Assembly (NCBI GenBank): GCA_963819405.1
Contig: CAWFWH010000016.1
Span: 92,431-156,430 of the forward strand
Direction of reading: 5' to 3'
DNA: 64,000 nt
Source of the DNA: an uncultured Acidobacteriaceae bacterium
Lineage (GTDB): Bacteria; Acidobacteriota; Terriglobia; Bryobacterales; Bryobacteraceae
The notes beneath the pieces are model-generated. The model did not search any database, was not told where the DNA came from, and saw only the letters and a list, made by a program, of their open reading frames with translations. The position numbers and the translations under genes were made by a program. Shown here piece after piece: positions 39,013 through 49,617 of the stretch (the first letter of the stretch is position 1; each line of letters opens with the position of its first letter).

Positions 39013-41264
39013 ATGGCGGACGATCAGCCGCGCAAAGCGCCGCGGTTTTGTTGGCGATCATCGCCATCTCGCTACAGGGCTGCAGAAAATCCCAGAAGGA
39101 CAAAGAGGTAGTCTTCCTCAAAAAGGGCGAGACGCTCGTTGCCAGCAAGCAATATTCGCGAGCGATCCTGGAGTTCAGAAATGCGATTCAGGTCATGCCT
39201 AAAGATGCAGAGCCGTACTATCAGCTCGGCATCGCCTGCATGGGGATGGGCGATGTTTTTGATGCATTTCGCGCGTTTCATCGAGCTACGGAGCTGAATC
39301 CGAAACACTCGAAAGCACAGCTGAAAGTCGCCGAACTGCTCAACATGACGCAGAAGAACGATCTTCTTCGTGACGCTGCAAGCCGCGTCAGAAATGTCCT
39401 TCTTGCTTCGCCTGACGATGAAGAAGCGACCGACGCGCTGGCGATCACCGAATTTCAGATGGGCAAGAGCGAAGACGCGCCCCGCCGTCTGGAAGAGTCG
39501 CTGCAGAAGTTCCCTTCACGCCTGAAATCGTCGGTGGCGCTAGCACATATGATGCTAATTCAGAAGAACCTGAACGGGGCGGAAGAAGTACTGAACAAGG
39601 CAGTAGCCACCGCGCCGAAGTCGTCCGCAGCCCGACTGGCGCTTGGACAGCTCTACATATTGCTTCGACATCCTGAAAAAGCCGAACCCGAAATAAGGAA
39701 GGCGATCCAACTGGAACCGGAAAATGGGCCCGCGCTGTTGAGTCTCGCACAACTCCAGATTGGCGCAAAACGACTGGATGAGGCGGAGTGCACGCTTAAG
39801 CAGCTTTCGGCGCTTCCAGACAAACAGTACAGGGACCTCCACGCAATCTTTCTGTTCGAGGCTGGCAAAAAGGACGCCGCGATTTCCGAGCTCGAGGGGC
39901 TGGTCCGCGATGATCCTGATGATAGGCGGGTGCGCAGCAGATTGGTGCTCGTATATCTGAAGACGAACAGGACACAGGACGCGCAAAAGCTTCTGGCTGC
40001 AGCGTTGAAGCGGAACCCCAGAGACACGGAGTCCCTATTTCAGCGCAGCGAGCTTTACCTGAAAGCGGCAAAACCGCGGCAGGCTGAGCAGGACCTAAAG
40101 GAAGTCTTGCACCTTCAGCCGGATTCGGCGCGTGCTCATTTCGCGCTTGCACGCGTTTACGCTATCGAGGCGATCAACAACAGCATGCGACAGGAGTTGA
40201 ATGAGGCGTTGCGTCTCGATCCCGCCTTGCTCCAGGCTAGGTTGGCATTGGCAAAATCCTTCGTTCTCGCGAATCAGCCTCAGGCAGCTTTGAACGTCCT
40301 GGATGGGGCTCCCGAATCGCAGCGGAGAACTGTAGCGGCAATCGTGGGGCGCAACTGGGCGTTGCTGCAGGCGGGAGATGCGAAAGAGCTGCGATCGTCA
40401 CTAGATGCGGCGCTGCAGGTCACCAGGACGCCGGAGCTGGTGCTTCAGGATGGCCTTCTCAGAATGCAGCAAAAGGATTACACCGGTGCGAGAGCAGACG
40501 CGGAGGAAGTGCTCAGGCTTAAGCCGGAAGATAGCAGGGGAGCGCGCCTGCTCGCCGATACTTATGTTGCCCGTAACGAGGCGCCGAAAGCAACACAACG
40601 GCTCATAGACGTTGCAGCGTCGCGCCCGAAGGCCCCTTCCATCCAATACCTCATGGGGCAATGGTACATGACAAGCGGTCAAATCGCGGATGCGCGAAAA
40701 GCATTTGAGGCAACACTGGCGAGCGATCCAAACTTCGTGTCAGCGGCGATCAATCTAGCTGAGATCGACCGTCAGGAGCATCGAGTCGATGCCGCGCGAC
40801 AACGTTTGCAAACCGTGCTCGCGGAACACCCGGGAAACGTGTCTGCCTTGCTGCTGCTGGCCAGCATTGACGAACAGATCGGGGATCGGATCGGAGAAAT
40901 TGCAGCTTACAAATCTGCAATCGGCATCGATAGCTCGAATGCATACGCCCTTAACAATCTGGCGTGTGCCTTGGCAGTGGGCAATCCTGATGAAGCGTTA
41001 CGACTGGCCGAGCGAGCCGTGGGAATCGCTCCGGATAATCCAGCCGTTCAGGATACCCTCGGGTGGATCTACTATCGAAAGGGCATGTTCGATGCTGCAG
41101 TCAATCACTTGAAATCGGCTGTCGATCGAGACCCCAATCCGCGCAGGGAGTTCCATCTCGCAATGTCCTACGTGAAATCGGGTCATCCGGAATCAGGGAA
41201 AGAGTTGTTGCGGAAGGCATTGAAGCAGGATCCGAACTTGCCGACAACTGAGCAGGGGTGGTGA
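39006..41264 (+). CDS. prsT: PrsT-like PEP-CTERM-system TPR-repeat lipoprotein, paralog 3 (intact)
   Basis: The GTG start overlaps the PEP-CTERM gene end by 7 nt. The lipobox reads LLAIIAISLQGC. It is followed by FLKKGETLVASKQYSRAILEFRNAIQVMPKDAEPYYQLG and about 700 aa of TPR repeats. Confidence 0.85.
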   Translation: MLNGGRSAAQSAAVLLAIIAISLQGCRKSQKDKEVVFLKKGETLVASKQYSRAILEFRNAIQVMPKDAEPYYQLGIACMGMGDVFDAFRAFHRATELNPKHSKAQLKVAELLNMTQKNDLLRDAASRVRNVLLASPDDEEATDALAITEFQMGKSEDAPRRLEESLQKFPSRLKSSVALAHMMLIQKNLNGAEEVLNKAVATAPKSSAARLALGQLYILLRHPEKAEPEIRKAIQLEPENGPALLSLAQLQIGAKRLDEAECTLKQLSALPDKQYRDLHAIFLFEAGKKDAAISELEGLVRDDPDDRRVRSRLVLVYLKTNRTQDAQKLLAAALKRNPRDTESLFQRSELYLKAAKPRQAEQDLKEVLHLQPDSARAHFALARVYAIEAINNSMRQELNEALRLDPALLQARLALAKSFVLANQPQAALNVLDGAPESQRRTVAAIVGRNWALLQAGDAKELRSSLDAALQVTRTPELVLQDGLLRMQQKDYTGARADAEEVLRLKPEDSRGARLLADTYVARNEAPKATQRLIDVAASRPKAPSIQYLMGQWYMTSGQIADARKAFEATLASDPNFVSAAINLAEIDRQEHRVDAARQRLQTVLAEHPGNVSALLLLASIDEQIGDRIGEIAAYKSAIGIDSSNAYALNNLACALAVGNPDEALRLAERAVGIAPDNPAVQDTLGWIYYRKGMFDAAVNHLKSAVDRDPNPRREFHLAMSYVKSGHPESGKELLRKALKQDPNLPTTEQGW

Positions 41265-41288
41265 GTCATCGGCTTACGACAGGACCGA

Positions 41289-41954
41289 TTAATCTTTTAG
41301 CCGCATCAGCCGGCGCGTAGCCCACGCGGGCATCGACAAGATCACCCGATACCCGACCAGTTTCATCATTTCCTTCATTACGAACCGGCGATCATCCGGC
41401 CGCATCCACCAGCGATCCTTTTTCAAAGATGCAAGACGAGACGGTACTGGGCAGTAAACGAATTCAATAGGTATACAGCGAAAGATTCTGCTGAACGTCA
41501 ACGAGACGCGGCGCAGGTGGACATCCGTGCTGACGAGAATCACGCTACGGGCCTTTTGCCTTTTCAGGAACTGCCGGAATCCCAGAGCTTCACCGTATGT
41601 ATTCCACCTCCGAAGCTTGACTTTCTCGATGCGAATGCCCGAAGTCTCGACCTCTACAAAGAAATGCCGTTCATCCGGCCGAGTCTCGTCACGCGTCACG
41701 ATCAATTTCTCGACGCCTTCCAAGTTGAGACTGCTCATTTTGCTAACTTCGAACCGCCCAACGCTCAGCACCAAACGCGGTGCCATCCCTGCTCGATATA
41801 GCTCGAGCCCATACTGTTTCCGTTCCATCCGGCCTGCCATCACAAAGATCAAGTCGGCAGCCTGTAGTGAATCGTTTAGACTCAACTTCTCATACAGCCA
41901 GAGCAAACAAGAATGCCACCAGTGGCTGATTTCTTCGCTCGACTTTATGGCCAT
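41289..41954 (-). CDS. DUF218 (YdcF/SanA/ElyC-like) domain protein
   Basis: ADLIFVMAGRMERKQYGLELYRAGMAPRLVLSVG and SVILVSTDVHLRRVSLTF match conserved DUF218 blocks. Confidence 0.8.
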   Translation of the reverse strand: MAIKSSEEISHWWHSCLLWLYEKLSLNDSLQAADLIFVMAGRMERKQYGLELYRAGMAPRLVLSVGRFEVSKMSSLNLEGVEKLIVTRDETRPDERHFFVEVETSGIRIEKVKLRRWNTYGEALGFRQFLKRQKARSVILVSTDVHLRRVSLTFSRIFRCIPIEFVYCPVPSRLASLKKDRWWMRPDDRRFVMKEMMKLVGYRVILSMPAWATRRLMRLKD

Positions 41955-41962
41955 TCGCTTTT

Positions 41963-42578
41963 CTAGGTTCCCTCAAACGGATCTGCGTTCTTGCTTGTCC
42001 TTTTGTGATGCGCACGCCACCGGTCAACGAGCGTATCAACCGTCCTAAGCACGTTATCAATCCTGAGGTCAGCCGAATTCGATGCTAAAGTGTCGATCTC
42101 TTCGTGATCATCGCCTCTGATCAGGAGAATCCATACCCCAACGGATAGCGGAAAGAGCTTGAAAACAAATTCGATGTCGGAACCGGTCGGATAGCGATTT
42201 TCGAGCGTCGCCCTGATCTCATTGGCTTCGTCCAAATTGAGACCAGGACCGCACCGAACAACGTGTTTGCTCTCAATCGCATTCGAACGGCTGGCCGCTT
42301 CGGACTTATTTCGCCGGAAAACAGAATTGGAAACGGCTGAGTCCCTCGGGGATTTTGGCAATTATCGCCTCCGGAGTCTGCTCGTTCGGGGTGAAAATCA
42401 GCCGCGCGCAGTCGTGATAAATCCTTGCATCGCCCGTTTCTCGCACGCTGGGGGCCAAGTCTGGGCAAACATATTTCCCCGGGTGGAAATAGCGGCCGGA
42501 CTGCTGATCCGCACAGGCCGTCCTGAACTTTGGTATGGAAGGACAATCTTTTGAAACTGTCTGTACAGCGAAGCGCAC
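41963..42578 (-). CDS. Hypothetical protein, possibly one gene split by a frameshift (42306-42578 and 41963-42361)
   Basis: Two overlapping minus-strand ORFs lie head to tail and diverge from the Rieske gene. I recognise no family. Coding status is uncertain. Confidence 0.3.
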
Positions 42579-42645
42579 TTTCGGTGAGCGTACCTTCGCT
42601 CGCCTGAACCGATTCTTCAGTTCGTAATGTTAGTATTCTTTTCGC

Positions 42646-43740
42646 ATGATGGAAGAGATTTCGACTGCTCGCACGATTCCGGCGAACTGGTACGTCGATC
42701 CGCAGTTTCTGGTTGCCGAGAAAGAAAAGATCTTCTGGCACACATGGCAGCCGGTGGGTCATGCGGCGAAGGTCGCTTCGCCGGGATCGTATCTGGCGGC
42801 GGAGATTCTGGGAGAGCCGTGCGCGGCGGTGCGTGGCAACGACGGCATGTTGCGCGCATTCTCTAATGTGTGCCGGCACCGGGCGTCGACGATTTTGGAC
42901 GGCGACGGCTGCGCGAAATCGCTGCGCTGTCCGTACCACGGATGGACGTATTCGCTCGAAGGCGCACTGCTGGTGGCGCCGGAATTCGAAGGTGTCGAGA
43001 ACTGGAACCGCAGCGAAGTACGGCTGCCGGCGATGGATGTTGAGGAGTGGGGTCCGTTTGTGTTCGTGAACGTCGATTCGCATGCGGCGGCGCTCACAGA
43101 GATGCTGGGCGATATTCCGGAGCAGGTGGCGGCGCTGGGCTGCCCGGTCGATCAACTTCATTTTTCGTATCGCCGGGATTATTTGATCCAGTGCAATTGG
43201 AAGGTGTACATCGATAACTATCTGGAGGGTTACCATCTTCCGGTGGCGCATCCGTCGCTGTTCCGCGAGCTCGACTACAATGCGTATCGCGTCGACACGT
43301 TCCGCTACTACTCGTCGCAGCATGCGCCCATTCGCCCGCCACGTCCGGGACGGGATGAGCCGCGGCGGTACAGTGCAGAAGACGCAGCGAATCGTGCCTT
43401 GTATTTCTGGATCTTTCCGAATTTCATGCTGAACGTTTATCCGGACAATCTCAGCAGCAATATTATTCTTCCCGTCGGGCACGGCCAGACTCTGACGATC
43501 TTCGAGTGGTTCACGTATCGGCGCGATGGCGGGGCAGCGGAGATCTCACCCGAGACGGTGGCGTTCAGCGATGAGATACAGCAGGAAGACATTCGCATCT
43601 GCGAGAACGTGCAGAAAGGACTGGCGTCGCGTACGTATGATCGGGGACGGTATTCGGTGAAGCGCGAAAATGGTGTGCATCATTTTCACTCACTGCTCGA
43701 GGAGTTTCTGAACGGGGCGGCGGATAGGGGCGGCGGATAG
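42646..43740 (+). CDS. Rieske [2Fe-2S] non-heme-iron oxygenase alpha-subunit-like protein
   Basis: The Rieske motif is CRHRASTILDG...LRCPYHGWTY. The catalytic-domain region reads NWKVYIDNYLEGYHLPVAHP. Confidence 0.85.
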   Translation: MMEEISTARTIPANWYVDPQFLVAEKEKIFWHTWQPVGHAAKVASPGSYLAAEILGEPCAAVRGNDGMLRAFSNVCRHRASTILDGDGCAKSLRCPYHGWTYSLEGALLVAPEFEGVENWNRSEVRLPAMDVEEWGPFVFVNVDSHAAALTEMLGDIPEQVAALGCPVDQLHFSYRRDYLIQCNWKVYIDNYLEGYHLPVAHPSLFRELDYNAYRVDTFRYYSSQHAPIRPPRPGRDEPRRYSAEDAANRALYFWIFPNFMLNVYPDNLSSNIILPVGHGQTLTIFEWFTYRRDGGAAEISPETVAFSDEIQQEDIRICENVQKGLASRTYDRGRYSVKRENGVHHFHSLLEEFLNGAADRGGG

Positions 43741-43780
43741 GGGCGTTGAGGCTGGCGCGGGGTGCTGACAGAGCGGACTG

Positions 43781-45145
43781 CTAACAAGAGATTGCCGGCA
43801 CATACGACAGGCGAGATCGTCTGGCTTCGTATCGCTTGAACACCAGCCACCCGATCACGGCTATCAACACGCTGCCGCCCAGGACCTTGGTTTCGAAGAT
43901 GAGGACCGAAGAAACTTCGGGAGGAGGTAAGGCCGATAACACGATCGCGATGAGCGTGACGGCGAGGCCGGAGACGGCGGCGATGCGGCTGGCGAAACGG
44001 AAGCCGGCGGCGAATATGTAGAGGAACGGAATGAATGTAGCGATCACCATCATGTCGACCATGACCTGGTAGGCGGCGCGAACAGTCTCGCCGAGTTGCG
44101 CCATGAGGAGGAAGAGCGTGGCGGTGACGGCTTGCACGAGCAGCGAGACATAGGGCGTGCGCCAACGTGGATGAATGCGTCCGAAGGCGGGCGGGAGATA
44201 GTTGTCGAGGCCGATGGCGTAGGGCAGGCGCGTGTTTCCCGCGATCCAGGTGTCGAGCTGGCCGACAACGGCGATTCCGATCAGAGCGGCGAAGACGATG
44301 GTCAAGATCGGGGCACCGATCTTTTGTGCGCCGGCGGCGCTCGCTTGCGCGAGACCGGTCATGGGGCTGATGTCTTCCGGTTTCAACAGCACGAGCAGGG
44401 CGGCGGTTACTCCGATGTAGAAGAGCGCGCAGATGATGCCGCTGATGACAGCAGCGCGCGGGAGGTCGCGGCGCGGATTGCGGATCTCGGCGCTGACGAC
44501 CGGGGCGAGCTCCAGACCGACAAACGCGAAAGCGATTTGGGACCAGAAGTTCAGGGTGCCGAGGTTCGCCTGCGGCAGTGCGTTCAACTTGGTGACGGCG
44601 CCGGAGTGCAGGTAGCCGGAGATGGCCAACGCGCCGAGCAGCGCGCCGATAATGAAGGTGGAGCTGCCGCCCAAGTTGGAGATCCACTTGGCGACTTTCA
44701 TGCCGAAGAAATTGGCGGCGAAAGCGGCCCACAGGATGGCGAGGGTGGCGGACAGAGCGAACGCGCGGTCATCGGCCAAACGTTGACCGGTGGCGCCGAA
44801 GGCATACACGGTCATACCGATACCGGCGAGCAGAAGCGAGGGGAAATAGAGAACGGTGGATAGGAAATAGAACCAGCCGCAGAGAAAGGCGTGGCGGTCG
44901 TTGAAGGCGCGTTTGGTCCAGATGTACATGCCGCCTTCTTCGGGGAAGCGGCGCGAGAGACGCGAGACAACGATGGCGCAGGGCAGAAAAAAGAATGTGG
45001 CGGCGACGAGCCAGAGAACGAAGGAACCGGCTCCGGCGTGCGCGGCGGCGGAAACCCAGCGGAGGCTGACGAGGGCGCAGATGTCGAAGAAGACGAGATC
45101 TCTGAGCCGCAGCTCGCGCCGGAGGGTTACGGGCTCGCTCTCCAT
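43781..45145 (-). CDS. APC-superfamily amino acid/polyamine permease
   Basis: 454 aa with about 12 predicted TM helices. The N-terminal LRRELRLRDLVFFDICALVSLRW is typical of APC permeases. Confidence 0.85.
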   Translation of the reverse strand: MESEPVTLRRELRLRDLVFFDICALVSLRWVSAAAHAGAGSFVLWLVAATFFFLPCAIVVSRLSRRFPEEGGMYIWTKRAFNDRHAFLCGWFYFLSTVLYFPSLLLAGIGMTVYAFGATGQRLADDRAFALSATLAILWAAFAANFFGMKVAKWISNLGGSSTFIIGALLGALAISGYLHSGAVTKLNALPQANLGTLNFWSQIAFAFVGLELAPVVSAEIRNPRRDLPRAAVISGIICALFYIGVTAALLVLLKPEDISPMTGLAQASAAGAQKIGAPILTIVFAALIGIAVVGQLDTWIAGNTRLPYAIGLDNYLPPAFGRIHPRWRTPYVSLLVQAVTATLFLLMAQLGETVRAAYQVMVDMMVIATFIPFLYIFAAGFRFASRIAAVSGLAVTLIAIVLSALPPPEVSSVLIFETKVLGGSVLIAVIGWLVFKRYEARRSRLSYVPAISC

Positions 45146-45391
45146 CGTGGTTCAGTATGGCAGAACGGGGCGGGGTACGGTGGGGCGCGAGTTCTGAACG
45201 GGTGTGTGGGTTGGCGACGCGAAATTCTTTTCTTGTGGGCTGCGATTGCTCAATCGATGAATGGGATATGGTGTCTTTCGGACGCAATAATGGCGGCGCG
45301 CCAACTTGTCCGGAAAGGCCTTTGATAGCTTAGATACCGCCGCTAGCTGCGCATCCCGGCCTCTATCGGCTTTAGGAAAAGCAAAAAATTT

Positions 45392-46865
45392 ATGGTCCGT
45401 CCGTTTCACCTCTTTCTTGGCACTCTTACCCTGTCAGCCGTCATCTCCGTTGTGGCTCGCGCGCAAGAGCCGCCCACCTCATGGGTCGATAAGGACACAG
45501 GTCACCGCATTTTTCGCCTTACGAATGAACCCGGCTCGTCCGGCTTCTATTTCAACGTCAACGCCTACTCGCCCGATGGCAAATTGATGGCATACGACGC
45601 GCCTGACGGTATCCACGTGCTTGATCTGACTTTCATGAAGACTCGTCTGCTGGTTCCGAATCCGCCGGCGTCTGCAGATGGAACTGCCGGCGCTCCAGCC
45701 TATTTCCGCGGCGGCATTCACGCCATCGTAGTTGGCAGAAAAACGAACAGCGTTTTCTTTTCAAAGGTTGATCCAGCCACTCGACTGAGCACCATCTACA
45801 AGGCGGATATGTATACCGGTGAGGTAAACAAGCTTGTGACTTTGCCTCCGCGCGCCAGCCTCGCAACCATCAATGCCGACGAAACACTTGGAGTTGGAAC
45901 GTACAACGAAAGCGAGCAAGGAACTCAACAGGAGTATGGGCGCAATCGTCCGCAGCCGGCAGCATCAACCTCCGGCAATCAGCGCCCGCCGCAGGCTGGG
46001 AATCTTGTTCAGGGGGAGGACAAGGCCGAGATGATGGAGCGCCGTCTTGCCGCTCACATTCCGGTAGTTCTCTACACAATCAACCTGGAAACCGGCAAGG
46101 TCGCGACTCTCCTTCACTCCACAGATTGGATCGGTCACATGCTTTTTTCGCCTGTCGATCCCACGCTCCTCATGTACTGCCACGAAGGCCCATGGCAGAA
46201 GGTAGACCGCATCTGGATGATCCATACCGACGGCACGAACAACACTCTAATTCATAAGCGCACAATGGCAATGGAGATAGCCGGTCACGAATTCTGGGGA
46301 CTCGATGGCAGGACCATCTGGTACGACTGGCAGTATCCCGAAAGCGAAGATTTCTTTCTTGCCGGTTATAACCTCGAAACGCAACAGCGTACCGCGTTCC
46401 ACATGCAGCGGAACGAATGGTCTATTCATTTCAACGTCACACGAGCTTAATGCGTTATTCACCGGCGACGGAGGCGATCCCGGGCAGATAGCTAAAGCAC
46501 CCGATGGCGAATGGATCGAACTCTTCCACCCGCAGATGCTGAAGACCTCTGGCGCGTTGAATGCTCCGAGCTTCTGGCAGCCTGGTGTGTTCCATTCCGA
46601 GCATCTCGTGAATATGGCTCACCACGACTATCATCTTGAGCCCAACGTCCGCTTTTCGCCAGACAAGAAACTTGTTATTTTCACAAGCAACATGTTCGGG
46701 CCCAGCTATGTCTTTGGCGTTGAGGTCGCTCGAGCTACAGATGCTCCGGCGTCCGAAATTGAATCGACTCCAGAACTGGCCAAGAAGTTTAATCCCAGGG
46801 CTCCGAGGAACTGCAACGTGCCGGCGCCAGAGCTGGAGCCAGTCCGGTCGCAATCCGGCCAATGA
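45392..46865 (+). pseudogene. Oligogalacturonate-lyase-like (PL22-type, beta-propeller) protein, one frame break near 46440
   Basis: Signal peptide, then WVDKDTGHRIFRLTNEPGSSGFYFNVNAYSPDGKLMAY in frame 45392-46450. It continues as LFTGDGGDPG...HDYHLEPNVRFSPDKKLVIFTSNMFGPSYVFGVEV in frame 46305-46865. Confidence 0.7.
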
Positions 46866-46884
46866 GAAAAGCACGGTTAAATTA

Positions 46885-49617
46885 ATGCGAATCACGAGAC
46901 GAGACGCAATTGGCGTACTTGCGGCAGCGGTTCCTGCAGCGGCAAACAGAGGTACCTCGGCACAAACAGCCGCGCCGCAGGACGGACGCGTCTCTGTTAG
47001 TTGGCTGGGCGGAAATGCGCCGCCAATCGAAAGCGGCGTCAGTTGGGGAGTTCCATGGCCCCGCGGGACGGTCCAGAAGAGCGATACCTTTCAGCTCACC
47101 GATGCCGAAGACAAAAGCATGTCTCTGCAGAGCTGGATTCTCGCTTACTGGCCGGATGGTTCAGTAAAGTGGACAGGATTTGCGACGGTCGCCGCTGCGA
47201 ATGCAGCCGGTCCATTCCATCTCGCCCAAGGATCTGGCACAACAGCAAACGCACCCACACTCCGCATCAGTCAGAATACTCAAGCGATTCAGGTGGATAC
47301 CGGAGTGCTGCAGTGCCGGATTCCACTGCGCGGCGCGGCATTCATCGAATCGATGAGTATAGACGGCCGCGAAATCGCGAGGCGTGCGCGGCTGGTGTGC
47401 AGCCTGGAAGACCGAACGCAAGTTGAAACTAATCGCGCGGTTCGTTTTGACGATTTTGTTAGCGAAATAAAAAAAGCATCTATCGAACAGAACGGCCCGG
47501 TGCGAGGCGTGGTAAGAATCGACGGCGCGCATCGTGCGGAAAAAGGCAGCCGCGAATGGCTACCTTTCACTGTAAGGCTGTATTTTTATGCCGGACAGTC
47601 GCCGGTGCGAATGATTCACTCGTTCGTCTTCGACGGCGATCAGGACAAAGACTTCATCAGCGCACTCGGCGTGGTTTTCGATGTGCCGATGCGCGAAGAG
47701 GTTCAGAACCGGCACGTTCGTTTCTCGGGCGAAGGCGAAGGTTTGTGGGCGGAGCCCTTGCAGCCACTGATCGGCCGCCGTTTTATTGGGACTCCTGGCA
47801 ACACTATCTACGCGGATCAGCTCGCGGGCAAACGTGTCCCAAACAAAGCAACTTTCGATGCCGCCGGACAGAAGCTTCTCACGGATCTGGCCATTTGGGA
47901 TTCGTACAAACTGACTCAGCGCGATGCCGAAGGTTTTGTCATTCAGAAGCGCACGAATCCCCAAAGCTGCTGGCTGCACGCCGGAGACGGAAAGCGCGCT
48001 TCGGGACTGGCGTTCGTGGGGGACGTGAGCGGCGGGCTGGCTGTCGCGATCAGAAATTTTTGGCAATCCTATCCGGCCGCGCTCGAAATTCACAACGCTA
48101 CAACCAAAACAGCCCAGCTATATGCGTGGCTTTGGTCCCCAGATGCTCAGGCGATGGATCTGCGGCATTACGACACGAAAGCTCACGACCTGAACTCGAG
48201 CTATGAGGATGTGCAGCCGGGCTTCAGCACGCCTAATGGGATCGGTCGCACAAGTGAACTAATGTTGTTTCCGGGCACGAGCGTGCCATCCAGGGCGAAT
48301 AACGTGGAACAGGCGAAGCTAACTCAGGAGCCGCCGCTTCTCGTCTGCTCGCCCGCATATCTTCATTCGACTTCTGTATTTGGCATCTGGAGCCTGCCAG
48401 ACCGGTCCACGCCGTACAAAAAGGCGATGGAAGAGGATCTCGACGCCGCGCTCGCGATGTATCTGAAGGAAGTGGAGCAGCGGCATTGGTACGGATTTTG
48501 GGATTTTGGCGATGTGATGCACACTTACGATCCCAGCCGGCACGTGTGGCGCTACGACGTGGGCGGTTTCGCTTGGGACAACACGGAGCTGGCCTCCGAT
48601 ATGTGGTTGTGGTACAGCTTTCTGCGTACGGGGCGCCACGACATCTTCCGGATGGCGGAGCACATGACGCGCCACACCAGCGAGGTGGATACGTACCATT
48701 CCGGACGCTTCGCAATGCTCGGTTCCCGTCACAACGTGAGGCACTGGGGCGATGGCGCCAAAGAAGCACGCATCAGTCAAGCCGCGTTCCGGCGCTTTTA
48801 TTATTACCTCACCACAGATGAGCGAACGGGCGACATTATGCATTCGGTTGTAAATGCGGATTATACGTTGCTTGAAATCGATCCCATGCGCGAAGCTGCT
48901 CCGCTAAAAGGGCCGAAGAAATATCCAGCTCGTATCCGCGGAGGTCCGGACTGGCTGGCTTATGTCGGCAACTGGATGACGGAATGGGAACGCACGGGCA
49001 ACACGAAATATCGCGACAAAATCGTCACTGGAATGGACTGCATCGCGAAGATGCCCTACGGTTTCATGACCGGTCCGGATGCCATGTACGGTTACGATCC
49101 AAAGACTGGCATGATGTACCCGCTGGGAGAAGATCCCTTTGGTGTGTACAACCTTCAGATCATTCAGGGTGGAGGTGAAGTGGCGTTCGAAATAAACCAA
49201 CTCATCGATCATCCAGGCTGGAAAAAAGCGTTTCTGCAATACTGCCGGCTCACGAACGCGCCTAAAGAAGTAGTTGCGAAGGATATGCATACCGGCAACG
49301 AAGGCGGAGATGGGCAGTATGCGGGCGGCGGGCGCTTGGCTGCGTACGCGTATATGGAAACCAAGAACCCTGCTTTTGCTAAACGCGCCACTTCAGGGCC
49401 AAATGGCGGCTACAGCATGTGGTTGGATATGTACAGTCCTCGCCCGGTGAACGGGCCTGAAGTGTTGAGTCCGATTGAGGAAGTGCCTAGGATGTCGACA
49501 AACAGCGTGGCTCAATCTTCCCTCAATATGATCGAGCTGCTCGAAATGTGCGCCGATCAATTACCCGAGGAAGCGCCACCGGCGCCACCGCGCGATCGCT
49601 TTCAGCGGCGAGGCTGA
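46885..49617 (+). CDS. Large Tat-signal secreted protein, probable carbohydrate-active enzyme (family not recognised)
   Basis: MRITRRDAIGVLAAAVPAAA is a twin-arginine signal. The ORF is 910 aa and uninterrupted. A conserved-looking block reads HWYGFWDFGDVMHTYDPSRHVWRYDVGGFAWDNTE. Function is inferred only from the adjacent lyase-like gene and the TonB receptor cluster. Confidence 0.8.
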   Translation: MRITRRDAIGVLAAAVPAAANRGTSAQTAAPQDGRVSVSWLGGNAPPIESGVSWGVPWPRGTVQKSDTFQLTDAEDKSMSLQSWILAYWPDGSVKWTGFATVAAANAAGPFHLAQGSGTTANAPTLRISQNTQAIQVDTGVLQCRIPLRGAAFIESMSIDGREIARRARLVCSLEDRTQVETNRAVRFDDFVSEIKKASIEQNGPVRGVVRIDGAHRAEKGSREWLPFTVRLYFYAGQSPVRMIHSFVFDGDQDKDFISALGVVFDVPMREEVQNRHVRFSGEGEGLWAEPLQPLIGRRFIGTPGNTIYADQLAGKRVPNKATFDAAGQKLLTDLAIWDSYKLTQRDAEGFVIQKRTNPQSCWLHAGDGKRASGLAFVGDVSGGLAVAIRNFWQSYPAALEIHNATTKTAQLYAWLWSPDAQAMDLRHYDTKAHDLNSSYEDVQPGFSTPNGIGRTSELMLFPGTSVPSRANNVEQAKLTQEPPLLVCSPAYLHSTSVFGIWSLPDRSTPYKKAMEEDLDAALAMYLKEVEQRHWYGFWDFGDVMHTYDPSRHVWRYDVGGFAWDNTELASDMWLWYSFLRTGRHDIFRMAEHMTRHTSEVDTYHSGRFAMLGSRHNVRHWGDGAKEARISQAAFRRFYYYLTTDERTGDIMHSVVNADYTLLEIDPMREAAPLKGPKKYPARIRGGPDWLAYVGNWMTEWERTGNTKYRDKIVTGMDCIAKMPYGFMTGPDAMYGYDPKTGMMYPLGEDPFGVYNLQIIQGGGEVAFEINQLIDHPGWKKAFLQYCRLTNAPKEVVAKDMHTGNEGGDGQYAGGGRLAAYAYMETKNPAFAKRATSGPNGGYSMWLDMYSPRPVNGPEVLSPIEEVPRMSTNSVAQSSLNMIELLEMCADQLPEEAPPAPPRDRFQRRG

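Noticed and set aside
42121-43482. 453-aa minus-strand ORF
   Set aside because: It lies antisense to the well-supported Rieske oxygenase gene (42646-43740). It is extremely Arg-rich and low in complexity, as expected for a shadow ORF in high-GC DNA. No recognisable motifs.
43686-44863. Long ORFs 43686-44732(-), 44096-44863(+) and 44769-45287(-)
   Set aside because: All overlap the APC permease gene (43781-45145) in alternative frames or on the opposite strand. They are Arg/Gly/Pro-rich shadow ORFs with no domain signatures.
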